Shown here piece by piece: positions 33,886-42,367 of a stretch of 64,000 nucleotides of DNA. A model generated the notes under the pieces. That model was not told the origin of the DNA, searched no databases, and saw only the letters and a program-made list of their open reading frames with translations. A program made the translations under genes and the position numbers. This DNA is from an uncultured virus (IMG/VR IMGVR_UViG_3300035670_000151) (taxonomy: Duplodnaviria; Heunggongvirae; Uroviricota; Caudoviricetes). Where the stretch lies: positions 1 to 64,000 of the IMG/VR virus record IMGVR_UViG_3300035670_000151. One strand, given 5' to 3'. Within the stretch, counting starts at the first letter, position 1, and each line of letters opens with the position of its first letter.

Positions 33886-34440
33886 TTATACTAAACCTCC
33901 ATCACGAAGCGCTCTTTCGAACACCTGCGCATAATCTTCAATTAGGTCGGCTTTATCCGATCCATTGATGATTGTTCTTGCTTTCATGTATTGCGCTCTA
34001 GTAGCTACGCCTCTCATTGGTAGGCAGTCAGATAGCTTTACGTTAGTAAACCATCCCTCATCCATACCTAGGCGCATAACCTTAGCAGCAATCTTAGGTT
34101 CCATAGCACGATCAGGATTAGCAAGTAAAGTCCCTTTTAGACCAAGTTCTTTATCTGCTCTCTTGTAGTTATATTCCCATGTTAATTGAACATAACCGCG
34201 ACCATGCCAAGGATAGTATCTTAAGTTCTTCTTACGCCATGCTTCCGAAAGCCAATAGGCTTCGACAACAGGGAGCATAGTTTTATTGGTTTCATGCCAA
34301 GCAGTTGCGAGCGAATACGCTCTGTGCGAAAGAGGTTGACCCTCTAGCGCATCTAGCACTGTCTCAAAGCCATTGATTTGTGATTGTGTAAGAGAGCCTA
34401 GTTTAGCTCTTACCGTAGAATAGAATTTTGATCTGTCCAT
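33886..34440 (-). CDS. GH19 endolysin
   Basis: L.QSQ..G, AY.LATAWHET, GRGYVQLTW.YNY, AR.IING.DKA; GAGG RBS before 34440. Confidence 0.92.
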   Translation of the reverse strand: MDRSKFYSTVRAKLGSLTQSQINGFETVLDALEGQPLSHRAYSLATAWHETNKTMLPVVEAYWLSEAWRKKNLRYYPWHGRGYVQLTWEYNYKRADKELGLKGTLLANPDRAMEPKIAAKVMRLGMDEGWFTNVKLSDCLPMRGVATRAQYMKARTIINGSDKADLIEDYAQVFERALRDGGLV

Positions 34441-34491
34441 GTTATTACCTCGTTTGTGAGGATAATAACATAGTTTCTTATTAAAATAAAC

Positions 34492-34577
34492 TGGTGCGGG
34501 ATGAGAGACTCGAACTCTCAATCCTTTCGGCGTATGCTTCTAAGGCATATGTGTATATCCAGTTCCACCAATCCCGC
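34492..34577 (-). tRNA. tRNA-Leu(TAG)
   Basis: Class II cloverleaf, CCA. Confidence 0.93.
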
Positions 34578-34648
34578 ATTGAGCTTTTAGGAACTAGCCA
34601 AAGTTCCAAGGTATTTGTTTTGCTCACCCAAGCAGCCGTAGCTGTAAA

Positions 34649-34726
34649 TGGTCGGGAATGTAGGATTCGAACCTACGACCTCACCCCTCCAAAGGGCACA
34701 CGCTGACCAGACTGCGCTAATTCCCG
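34649..34726 (-). tRNA. tRNA-Pro(TGG)
   Basis: Cloverleaf, CCA. Confidence 0.93.
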
Positions 34727-34744
34727 AAAGCCTTTAAGGCTAAA

Positions 34745-34930
34745 ACTTGCCGGTTTTTGCTATAAGCAGGATGACCGTAAACCCGGTGGTATCATTACCG
34801 CAGCAAGCCGTAGCTTCTGAGTGGTAATCTCCCGTCACAAACAAATAAACCTATGACCTCTGCAAACCCTTGCCTCAGGGATTTAACGTGCATCAGCAGT
34901 TGTCCATAGATACCTTAGCAAGACGGGCAT
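34745..34930 (-). ncRNA. structured inter-tRNA RNA
   Basis: CCCGTC/GACGGG, CTATGG/TCATAG, AAATCCCT/AGGGTTT, ATTACC/GGTAAT stems. Confidence 0.5.
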
Positions 34931-34961
34931 ATACTTTAGTCGTTACTAAGTTGTTTAACTG

Positions 34962-35037
34962 TGGTGGGGAAGGTTGGACTCGAACCAACGCACAAGCCCT
35001 AAAGTGGCTTTGCTCTATCCAACTGAGCTACTTCCCC
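34962..35037 (-). tRNA. aberrant tRNA, anticodon loop ACUUUAG (no U33)
   Basis: Perfect acceptor, D and T arms; AAGCC/GGCTT stem; CCA. Confidence 0.75.
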
Positions 35038-35044
35038 GAAAATC

Positions 35045-35122
35045 TGGATGCGGGAGAGGGATTTGAACCCTCGACCTCCACCTTATGAGAGTGGCGAGCT
35101 ACCAGACTGCTACTATCCCGCA
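35045..35122 (-). tRNA. tRNA-Met(CAT), initiator-like
   Basis: GGTAGCTCG, loop CTCATAA, TTCAAAT T-loop, CCA. Confidence 0.88.
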
Positions 35123-35404
35123 TCAATACGAAGAGCTTGTTTCAAACTCTCTGTAATAATCTCTTAATTCTTTTTGATAAGTTGTGAGTTTATCATCGAA
35201 TTCATCAAAGTCAATATCTAAAATGAATGTCTCGCGACTTTCTTTTTCGTAACTATAACCATATTCAATAGTTGTGCTATGATTTTTGGTCTTACCTACG
35301 TAAGAGAAAACCTTGTCAAACTCAATTCTTACTTTCTTCCCGTCAGTCGTGGAAAAGACCGCGCTGCGTTCTGGTGGTTGCTTTTTATCAGTTTCGTCGC
35401 CCAT
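35123..35404 (-). CDS. hypothetical protein
   Basis: RBS; stop abuts tRNA-Met. Confidence 0.7.
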   Translation of the reverse strand: MGDETDKKQPPERSAVFSTTDGKKVRIEFDKVFSYVGKTKNHSTTIEYGYSYEKESRETFILDIDFDEFDDKLTTYQKELRDYYREFETSSSY

Positions 35405-35415
35405 GTAAACCCTTC

Positions 35416-35916
35416 TTAAAGATATCTTCTAATCGCTCTTTCAACGGTGTCTCTTAGGTCATCTAAGCTACCATCGTTGATGATGATACCATCGTTCCGG
35501 CCTTTATAGAAGTCATCGAAGGAATTACCTGTATCAATGGCTCTATTGCTAATTACCTGAAAGACGTAGCCGGGGAAGTCTCTAGGCTGTTCCTTGCGTA
35601 GGGCGTCCACTACGATGCGTTTACCTTCATAAAAGGCGGGGTTTTTAAGTTCCCGTTCGATCATGTAGGAGTCGCCCCATAGCTTTTCCGCTACATTGCC
35701 AATCTCACCCATGATCTTCCTACGTTCGACGCCTTCGAACAGAGTCTGTTTTTGCTCTTGGGTGATAAAGTCATCTGGACTTAGGCCGGTTAGTTTAGCG
35801 GCCATTTCGCGTAACACTTGTTTGGTATCTAGGGTATAGAACCCATATACCTCTTCTAAAATTTTCTTAACCTCGGTCTTACCGGACCTAGGCATACCAC
35901 ATAAGCCTATTAACAT
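35416..35916 (-). CDS. deoxynucleoside monophosphate kinase
   Basis: IGLCG..RSGK P-loop; I.NDGSL.DL. Confidence 0.85.
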   Translation of the reverse strand: MLIGLCGMPRSGKTEVKKILEEVYGFYTLDTKQVLREMAAKLTGLSPDDFITQEQKQTLFEGVERRKIMGEIGNVAEKLWGDSYMIERELKNPAFYEGKRIVVDALRKEQPRDFPGYVFQVISNRAIDTGNSFDDFYKGRNDGIIINDGSLDDLRDTVERAIRRYL

Positions 35917-37365
35917 TTAATCAAATATACTCCAATCTAGCTGTTCGTGCATCCCTAGCAAATTCTCACTAAAGCCGGGTGTGTCACGGACGATCTTATA
36001 ACGCTCTCTATAGTGGTCATGAAGATGGACGTTATGATCGTCCAGAAAGTCCACTACGAAGCATATGTTTGGTCCGGTAGGTTTGCTGCGAAGGCCACGG
36101 CCAATTCGCTGCCTGTATCCTACCTCGGCTTTTCCGCCACCAGCGATAATTAGAACGCCGATCATGGGAACGTCAACGCCTACGTCTAGGATTGTTGATC
36201 CTATTAGTGCGTCAATCTTACCCTCGGCTAGTTCCTTTAGAGCTTCACGACGCTTCTTGCGAGTGCTTTCCCCAAAGATGAACTTAGTCCTGATGCCAGC
36301 GGCTAGGAACATTGCTTCTAGAACCTTGCCGTGATCCTGTCTAGCAATTAGCGTTAAGACAGGCAACCCTCTCTTATGAGCTTCTAGTGCGTTTTCTAGG
36401 ATAGCTTTATTACGACTTTCGCAATGAGTTATTCCAAACTCCACTGCCTTCTGATAGTTGCTATTATATTTGCACTTAGCTGGTGGAGAATAGGTAGTAA
36501 ATTTGATCTTAGGTGTGGCATTTACGCCACGGTCAATTAGAAGCTTCTCAGAAACGTTAATGCCGACAGGACCAAAAGCCCCTAGCAGCTTCATATTAGC
36601 TTCGCCTACGTCCTTCATGAAAGGAGTAGCGGTAAGAGCCAGCTTGTAATAGGCATTAGGACATGATTTTACTACATTCCAGTAAGAGTCGTCGCTAATC
36701 TCATGAGCTTCTTCGCCGATGATGAATTCGACCGACTTTAAATATTCCTGAATAGCCGGTTCATGAAGTCTGTTCTCCAGCGTCTGAGCCATAGCTACGG
36801 TGATTTCGGGGTTAATGTCCATCTGACTATCACCGATTGTTCCAGCTTTGTAGCCGAAAGTCTCAAGGCGCTCTACGAACTGGTGTAGCAGCGGAGTCCG
36901 CTTAGTCAGGATCAGGGTGGGCCGTTTGATCTTGGTGTAGCATAAAGCTGCTGCGAAAGTCTTACCAGCGCCAGTAGCTAAACGGGCGATCATCATACCA
37001 GTTTCTTCTAGCTTACGGACTAGTTTCCACTGGTAATCATACTTGTCTGTGTATTCGAACCCGCCAAGCGTCCTAGGGAGCTTTCCTAGCGGTTCTGGAA
37101 GCGATTTAGCTAGGTTACGGACCTGATACCCCTCTTGCGTCAACCTAGCGTTCACGGCGCTTAAAAAGCCCCTAGGGAAGGAAGCGGTATGCCAATCGAA
37201 CATTGTCGATTTACCGTTCCAAGTTTGGTTCTTGTAAGAGTAGGTGTTTTCGTAGCCCTTCACGTAGTAGCTAACAATGTCGCTAACAACTTCCATAGCG
37301 TTAACGTCAGCATCTAATAGCTTGGAGGTAAAAGCATTGCTAGCAATAGTGATAAGTTTTGACAT
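35917..37365 (-). CDS. superfamily II helicase (UvsW/Rad25-like)
   Basis: YQ, ATGAGKT, EEAH, LTATP, GVDVP, QRIGRGLR. Confidence 0.93.
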   Translation of the reverse strand: MSKLITIASNAFTSKLLDADVNAMEVVSDIVSYYVKGYENTYSYKNQTWNGKSTMFDWHTASFPRGFLSAVNARLTQEGYQVRNLAKSLPEPLGKLPRTLGGFEYTDKYDYQWKLVRKLEETGMMIARLATGAGKTFAAALCYTKIKRPTLILTKRTPLLHQFVERLETFGYKAGTIGDSQMDINPEITVAMAQTLENRLHEPAIQEYLKSVEFIIGEEAHEISDDSYWNVVKSCPNAYYKLALTATPFMKDVGEANMKLLGAFGPVGINVSEKLLIDRGVNATPKIKFTTYSPPAKCKYNSNYQKAVEFGITHCESRNKAILENALEAHKRGLPVLTLIARQDHGKVLEAMFLAAGIRTKFIFGESTRKKRREALKELAEGKIDALIGSTILDVGVDVPMIGVLIIAGGGKAEVGYRQRIGRGLRSKPTGPNICFVVDFLDDHNVHLHDHYRERYKIVRDTPGFSENLLGMHEQLDWSIFD

Positions 37366-37387
37366 AATTCCATGTTTCTGTTAAATA

Positions 37388-38035
37388 ATGACGATTTTTA
37401 TAGCAAGAAAGAACAAAAAGTCAATGGAACTATTACATATTAATCCCTTCAAGCTAGCCCCTAATCCTTGGAACTCGAATAAGGTAGGCAGGGCAGCATT
37501 TGAGAAACTAAAGCAATCACTTACGAAACACGGGGCGTTTAAACCCATTGTAGTTAGAGAACTAGCCGATGGAACATTAGAAATCCTAGGCGGCTATCAC
37601 CGCAACGAAGCGGTAAAGGAATTGGGTTGGGAAGAAGTTCCCGTTCTAAATCTAGGGAAAGTCTCAGAAGACCGCGCAAAAGAGATTGGCCTAATTGATA
37701 ACACCAGATACGGTGAAGACGACAAAGAGCTACTAGACAAGCTCCTAGCGGAAATGGACCTAGACAGCCTAGACGCTACCCTACCAGACGGGGAACTATT
37801 CGAATTAACGCCAGAGGATACCGAACTAGAGGAAATGCTAGAGGAAGGCGTTAGAGAAGTCGAAGAAAAAGAAGACACCCATAGAACGATCAAGATTAGA
37901 CTTGAACTAGATGAAGCCGACGAAGTGGAAGACCTTCTGCTTAAGGTAGCCGCCGATCATGATTATAAGTTTTCAGATGGCTATTCCGATTTCGGTAAAG
38001 CCCTCTACCACATTCTATTTTTAGAAAAGAGATAA
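37388..38035 (+). CDS. ParB/Srx-domain protein with acidic C-terminus
   Basis: PNPWN.N…KLK.S….G..KPIVVRE…EILGG.HR. Confidence 0.88.
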   Translation: MTIFIARKNKKSMELLHINPFKLAPNPWNSNKVGRAAFEKLKQSLTKHGAFKPIVVRELADGTLEILGGYHRNEAVKELGWEEVPVLNLGKVSEDRAKEIGLIDNTRYGEDDKELLDKLLAEMDLDSLDATLPDGELFELTPEDTELEEMLEEGVREVEEKEDTHRTIKIRLELDEADEVEDLLLKVAADHDYKFSDGYSDFGKALYHILFLEKR

Positions 38036-38037
38036 TC

Positions 38038-38193
38038 ATGGACGAAGAGTTTTTTGAATCAGATAAATTTGAAGACTGTGCAGAATGTAAACATAGATTC
38101 TGTGAAATAACCTGTTTCGATTGCGGTTTAGGAGAAGAATTTGAACCGGAAGATATGGAAGAGGTTGATGCTCATTTTGGAGGGCGATATTAA
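38038..38193 (+). CDS. 51-aa acidic Cys-rich protein, absent from the ORF track
   Basis: MDEEFFESDKFEDCAECKHRFCEITCFDCG…; fills the gap exactly, TAATG overlap. Confidence 0.7.
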   Translation: MDEEFFESDKFEDCAECKHRFCEITCFDCGLGEEFEPEDMEEVDAHFGGRY

Positions 38194-38447
38194 TGAAAGA
38201 AATTAGATTTACAGCTAAGCAGATTGAAATTCTATCTGTTATCAAAAAAGGAAACCCTGATAAGTCTCCGGTATCAGTTTATGATATCCTAAATCATATA
38301 AGCTATGAATGTAAGAGAGACGCTATGTTACACTCTATTAAAATTCTAGTAGAAAATGGGTTTGTAGAACGCCGTGATATGGTTGAGAGAGAGGGGAAGA
38401 AAGTAAGGGTATTTATGGTCACTACAAAGGCTTTAGATTACGTCTAA
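38193..38447 (+). CDS. winged-helix DNA-binding protein
   Basis: T.KQ.EIL..I…SI..LVE.G.VER…T.KA. Confidence 0.8.
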   Translation: MKEIRFTAKQIEILSVIKKGNPDKSPVSVYDILNHISYECKRDAMLHSIKILVENGFVERRDMVEREGKKVRVFMVTTKALDYV

Positions 38448-38462
38448 CCAAATAGGTTATAA

Positions 38463-38531
38463 ACCTGTCAAGAAAAAAGTGAACGAAAAAACCTAGGATT
38501 TCCGCCACTTTTCACATTTAGCTTGACAGGT
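38463..38531. promoter_or_regulatory. back-to-back TTGACA elements forming a 10-bp inverted repeat
   Basis: ACCTGTCAAG … CTTGACAGGT, followed by GTTATAAG. Confidence 0.55.
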
Positions 38532-38650
38532 GTGACTTTTCGGTTATAAGGGAGTCTCACTCCCCCTTATTAAAAATAAATATATTTAAATTTTATATTT
38601 TTTCTCTATCGTGTTATATTCCCTCTGATTATCTACTAGAGGGGATATAA

Positions 38651-40429
38651 ATGTCGTTCCTATATTCAAAACCTAATTTTAACACTATCACTCTTTCTTC
38701 TCTAAGTGGAACAGAGAATAGTAACTTAACCGTAACAGTTCAGAATAGAACTACTAATACTGAATTAGCTTTAGTTAGTTTTAGTTCTGGTTCATTTACT
38801 CTTAATGGAAACACTTTAACAGGAACTAATCTGGTTCCCGGAGTAGTTAAGGTTGTTTTAGTAGAGTATGAATTTGAATCAGCTTACGGATACAGAAAAG
38901 AAACTACCTTTTCCATTACAGTAGCAGAAGCAAATAAGCTTCCGGTTAATACAGCTAGGCCAACTCTTTCTGGTAGCTTTAAGATCGGTGGAACAATCAC
39001 TGTTTCTAATGGAACTTGGACTGGTTTTCCTGCTCCAACTTACTCTTACCAATGGACTTCCGAAGGTATTAATATTACCGGAGCTACCAGTGCCTCTTAT
39101 ACTTTTAAGAGAATTGATGCTGGTAAGATTATCCGCTGCAATGTAACAGCTACTAACTCTAGCGGATCAGTTACGGTTGCCAGCCATGGAACTCCTTACA
39201 CTGGTAAATTCCCACAAGCTAAAACCCCTACTGTCATTGCAAATACAGCGGCTCTAACAGGCTGGACTGTAGCCTCAAACATGACAAATACGATCAAAGC
39301 TTATCCGGTTGCAGCCCCTAGCGGTAAAACATCTGGTTTAAGCCTCTCTAAGCCTGCTACAGGCACTTTTGCTGGCTCTCGCTATGCTACCAGTGCTTTC
39401 AAGCTTTCAGAAGTCTCAGTGGTCGGATTTTGGGTCTATTGGACCGCTACAGCCGGTTCAATCTCAATTCGCTTCTCAAGCGATAATTTCGCAGCCAAAA
39501 GAACGGAATTCTCATGGGCCTATCCCGGTCAACTTCATCAGGGATGGAACCTACTAACTGTTCGCCCTAACGGGACCGGAGCTACAGAGCCTAATGGTTC
39601 GGCTTGGGTGGTTACAGGTGGTCAAACTCTAGACGAAACGATTAACAGCGTTCAAATCAGCTTAAGCACTGGTAACAACGTTGCTAATGAGGTTTACCTA
39701 GATACGGTCTTCTACCATAAGGAAATCCCTACAAGAGGTTCTGTAGTTATTGGTTTCGACAAGTTTGGCGAAGAGTCGATTCCAAACCTTGCATACCCAA
39801 TCCTTAGAGACGCCGGTATCAAAGCTTATTGGGCTGGTGATGGCAATCTTATCGATGGTGCGACGAATGCTAACGCCCTTCTGAGAAAAGTATATAACGC
39901 AGGTTGGGACGCCATCAGCCAAGGCATGAACCATCCAGACTATGTTGCGGTAGGAGCTACCCAACTAGGAACGGACTATGACACCGCCAAAGCCATTTTC
40001 ACCGCACAGGGCTTCACCAGAGGCATTGACCTATTCTCATACCCTCTATCGTCTAATGACGCTTCTACAGACGCTATGCTAGCTTCTAAGGGCGTTAAGA
40101 TGGCTAGATCGGGTTGGGGCTGGTGGATACACAATAACGAATACAACGCTGGTCCAAAGCTATTAGGTCATGGCGCTGTAAACATCGGTGGTAAGACGCT
40201 CGCACAAGCCAAGGCTTTGGTCGATGCTGCTGTTTATAATGGCGTAACCATTTTCTTATTCTGTCACGGTATAGCCGCAGGCGGGACAGGGACAACCCCT
40301 CCTGCCGATACCCTTTACTGGTATGAAAATGACTTTAAGCAATTGGTAGCTTATATCGCTGCTTATCGTGATGCTAATATGCTTTATGCAGACAGTGCTA
40401 CAGAGTGGTATACCAGACAGTCAGTATAA
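38651..40429 (+). CDS. Ig-like plus NodB-type polysaccharide deacetylase protein
   Basis: PVNT..P..SG…GTW.G.P…YSYQW; IGFD, SQG.NH, FSYP, F.HG. Confidence 0.8.
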   Translation: MSFLYSKPNFNTITLSSLSGTENSNLTVTVQNRTTNTELALVSFSSGSFTLNGNTLTGTNLVPGVVKVVLVEYEFESAYGYRKETTFSITVAEANKLPVNTARPTLSGSFKIGGTITVSNGTWTGFPAPTYSYQWTSEGINITGATSASYTFKRIDAGKIIRCNVTATNSSGSVTVASHGTPYTGKFPQAKTPTVIANTAALTGWTVASNMTNTIKAYPVAAPSGKTSGLSLSKPATGTFAGSRYATSAFKLSEVSVVGFWVYWTATAGSISIRFSSDNFAAKRTEFSWAYPGQLHQGWNLLTVRPNGTGATEPNGSAWVVTGGQTLDETINSVQISLSTGNNVANEVYLDTVFYHKEIPTRGSVVIGFDKFGEESIPNLAYPILRDAGIKAYWAGDGNLIDGATNANALLRKVYNAGWDAISQGMNHPDYVAVGATQLGTDYDTAKAIFTAQGFTRGIDLFSYPLSSNDASTDAMLASKGVKMARSGWGWWIHNNEYNAGPKLLGHGAVNIGGKTLAQAKALVDAAVYNGVTIFLFCHGIAAGGTGTTPPADTLYWYENDFKQLVAYIAAYRDANMLYADSATEWYTRQSV

Positions 40430-40468
40430 ACTTTACTATCGTTAATTAATGATATATAATCGTTTATT

Positions 40469-41092
40469 ATGAGTGAAGAAAAATTAACAACAGAACCTAC
40501 TAAGAGACTTAAGGAATCGGAGTGGATCGTCATTAGCGCCCTATGGGAGCGTGGCGAAACCACCCTTAAAGAACTGTCCGAAAAGTTTAAGATTTCAGAA
40601 GCTGCCCTTTCACAAGGGTTAAAGCGTCGCGGTATTAAACGCGGCGCTAAAGCTCATCACATCGCCAAAGAAGTTGCGGCTAAAGCAGATGAAGAAGCCG
40701 CCAAGATGGTCGAAGAAATCTACAACTTCAAGAAAAGATTCCTACGCTACGGCGACTTCCTAATGACTTCCACCATGAATCAGATCATGGAGGCGAAAAA
40801 GGAAGGCAAGAAACTCGCTACAGTAAGGCAAGAAGTAGAAACTATTATCGCGGCTACGAAGGTCTACAAGACTATTCGTAATGATATGTATCACCTTTAC
40901 GATCTATATAACCCGGATAATAAGCCAGATGAAAACCTAAACTTCAACATCGGTGTATATTCTGAGGCAGATATTTTGGCTTTAAGAGAAGCACAGAGAA
41001 TTTCAGCGGAAACTTCCGGTGGTGTTGATGATGAGGAAGACGAAACCGACAACCTCATTATGGAAGGTTTAGAAGACGAAGAGGGGGAATAA
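40469..41092 (+). CDS. terS: terminase small subunit (putative)
   Basis: N-terminal HTH; position before the large subunit. Confidence 0.75.
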   Translation: MSEEKLTTEPTKRLKESEWIVISALWERGETTLKELSEKFKISEAALSQGLKRRGIKRGAKAHHIAKEVAAKADEEAAKMVEEIYNFKKRFLRYGDFLMTSTMNQIMEAKKEGKKLATVRQEVETIIAATKVYKTIRNDMYHLYDLYNPDNKPDENLNFNIGVYSEADILALREAQRISAETSGGVDDEEDETDNLIMEGLEDEEGE

Positions 41093-42351
41093 TGGTAGTC
41101 CCTACCCCCTTATTCAATCTAAGGTTACATTCCGCCCAAGCCAAGGTCTTTAACGACAAAGCTCGTTTTAAGGTCATGGTTTGTGGTAGACGTTTCGGTA
41201 AGACACAGGCTCTTAAAGCGGAAATCATCAAAGAGGCTTTCGCTAAGCCCAAGTCTGTAATCTGGTATGTAGCTCCTACATACAAGCAGGCTAAGCGTCT
41301 AATGTGGTCGGAGCTTAAAGAAGCTGTCCCCAAATCATTCATTAAGAAAACATCAGAAGTAGAACTAATCATGGAGCTTAAGAACGGCTCTAAGATTTCG
41401 CTTTTCGGTGTCGATAAGCCAGACGGTCTACGCGGTTCATCGCTAGACCTTCTTTGCATGGATGAGTATCAGGACTTCAACAGCGATGAAATCTTTAGCA
41501 AGGTTCTATATCCTACCCTAACCGACCGTAGAGGCCGAGTTGTGGTAGCTGGAACCCCTAAGAGCTACAACCTACTCTATGACCTTTATATGCGCGGCTT
41601 TGATCCGGCTTGGAAGAAGCATGGCTGGAAATCATGGCAGTTCGTAACCGCCGACAATCCCTTTATCCCGGAAGACGAAATCGAGGCTGCTAGACGTAAC
41701 CTTGACCCTAAGTCGTTTAATCAGGAATTCATGGCTTCCTTCGAAACCATGCAGGGTAAAGTCTACTACGCTTTCGACCGTAAGCTACACGCTAGCAGGT
41801 TCCTTCCGTTTAACCCCAGCCTTCCTATCTGGATCGGGCAGGACTTCAACATCGATCCTATGTCATCGGTGGTCCTACAACCGCAACCTAATGGGGAAAT
41901 ATGGATCGTAGACGAAATCCACTTACGTAACGCTTCCACCCATGAACTTTCAGAAGTCATCGAACAGAAGTTCTTTAGACACAAACGAGCGGTGGAAATC
42001 TATCCTGACCCTGCCGGTGCTGCCAGAGGCCATACTAGAGGCGAGTCAGACTTAGATATCCTAAGACAGATGGGCTTTAGAAAGCTTTTCTACAAGCGCA
42101 AGCATCCTCTAGTAGCAGATCGTATTAACGCTGTTAACAGAATGTTCCTAACAGCCAGCGGAGAGTCTAGACTTTTCGTAAGTAATAATTGCAGCCAGCT
42201 AATTCGTTCGCTTGAGCAGACAATCTATAAAGAGGGAACTAGAGAAGTTAACAAGAAACTAGGCACGGAACACATGACCGACGCCCTAGGATACGTAATT
42301 GATTTCAGATTCCCCGTGCAAAAGAAACAATATTATGGTATTAGCAGATAA
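41092..42351 (+). CDS. terL: terminase large subunit
   Basis: GRRFGKT, WYVAPTY.QA, LRG..LD…DE, F.QE..A.F, GQDFN.DPM, H..DALGY. Confidence 0.96.
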   Translation: MVVPTPLFNLRLHSAQAKVFNDKARFKVMVCGRRFGKTQALKAEIIKEAFAKPKSVIWYVAPTYKQAKRLMWSELKEAVPKSFIKKTSEVELIMELKNGSKISLFGVDKPDGLRGSSLDLLCMDEYQDFNSDEIFSKVLYPTLTDRRGRVVVAGTPKSYNLLYDLYMRGFDPAWKKHGWKSWQFVTADNPFIPEDEIEAARRNLDPKSFNQEFMASFETMQGKVYYAFDRKLHASRFLPFNPSLPIWIGQDFNIDPMSSVVLQPQPNGEIWIVDEIHLRNASTHELSEVIEQKFFRHKRAVEIYPDPAGAARGHTRGESDLDILRQMGFRKLFYKRKHPLVADRINAVNRMFLTASGESRLFVSNNCSQLIRSLEQTIYKEGTREVNKKLGTEHMTDALGYVIDFRFPVQKKQYYGISR

Positions 42352-42367
42352 TATTTAAGAGAGAAAC

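Noticed and set aside
37388..38035. Complete phage ParABS or plasmid-prophage system
   Set aside because: No ParA, integrase or repressor in the window, and the ParB-like protein lacks a recognisable HTH.
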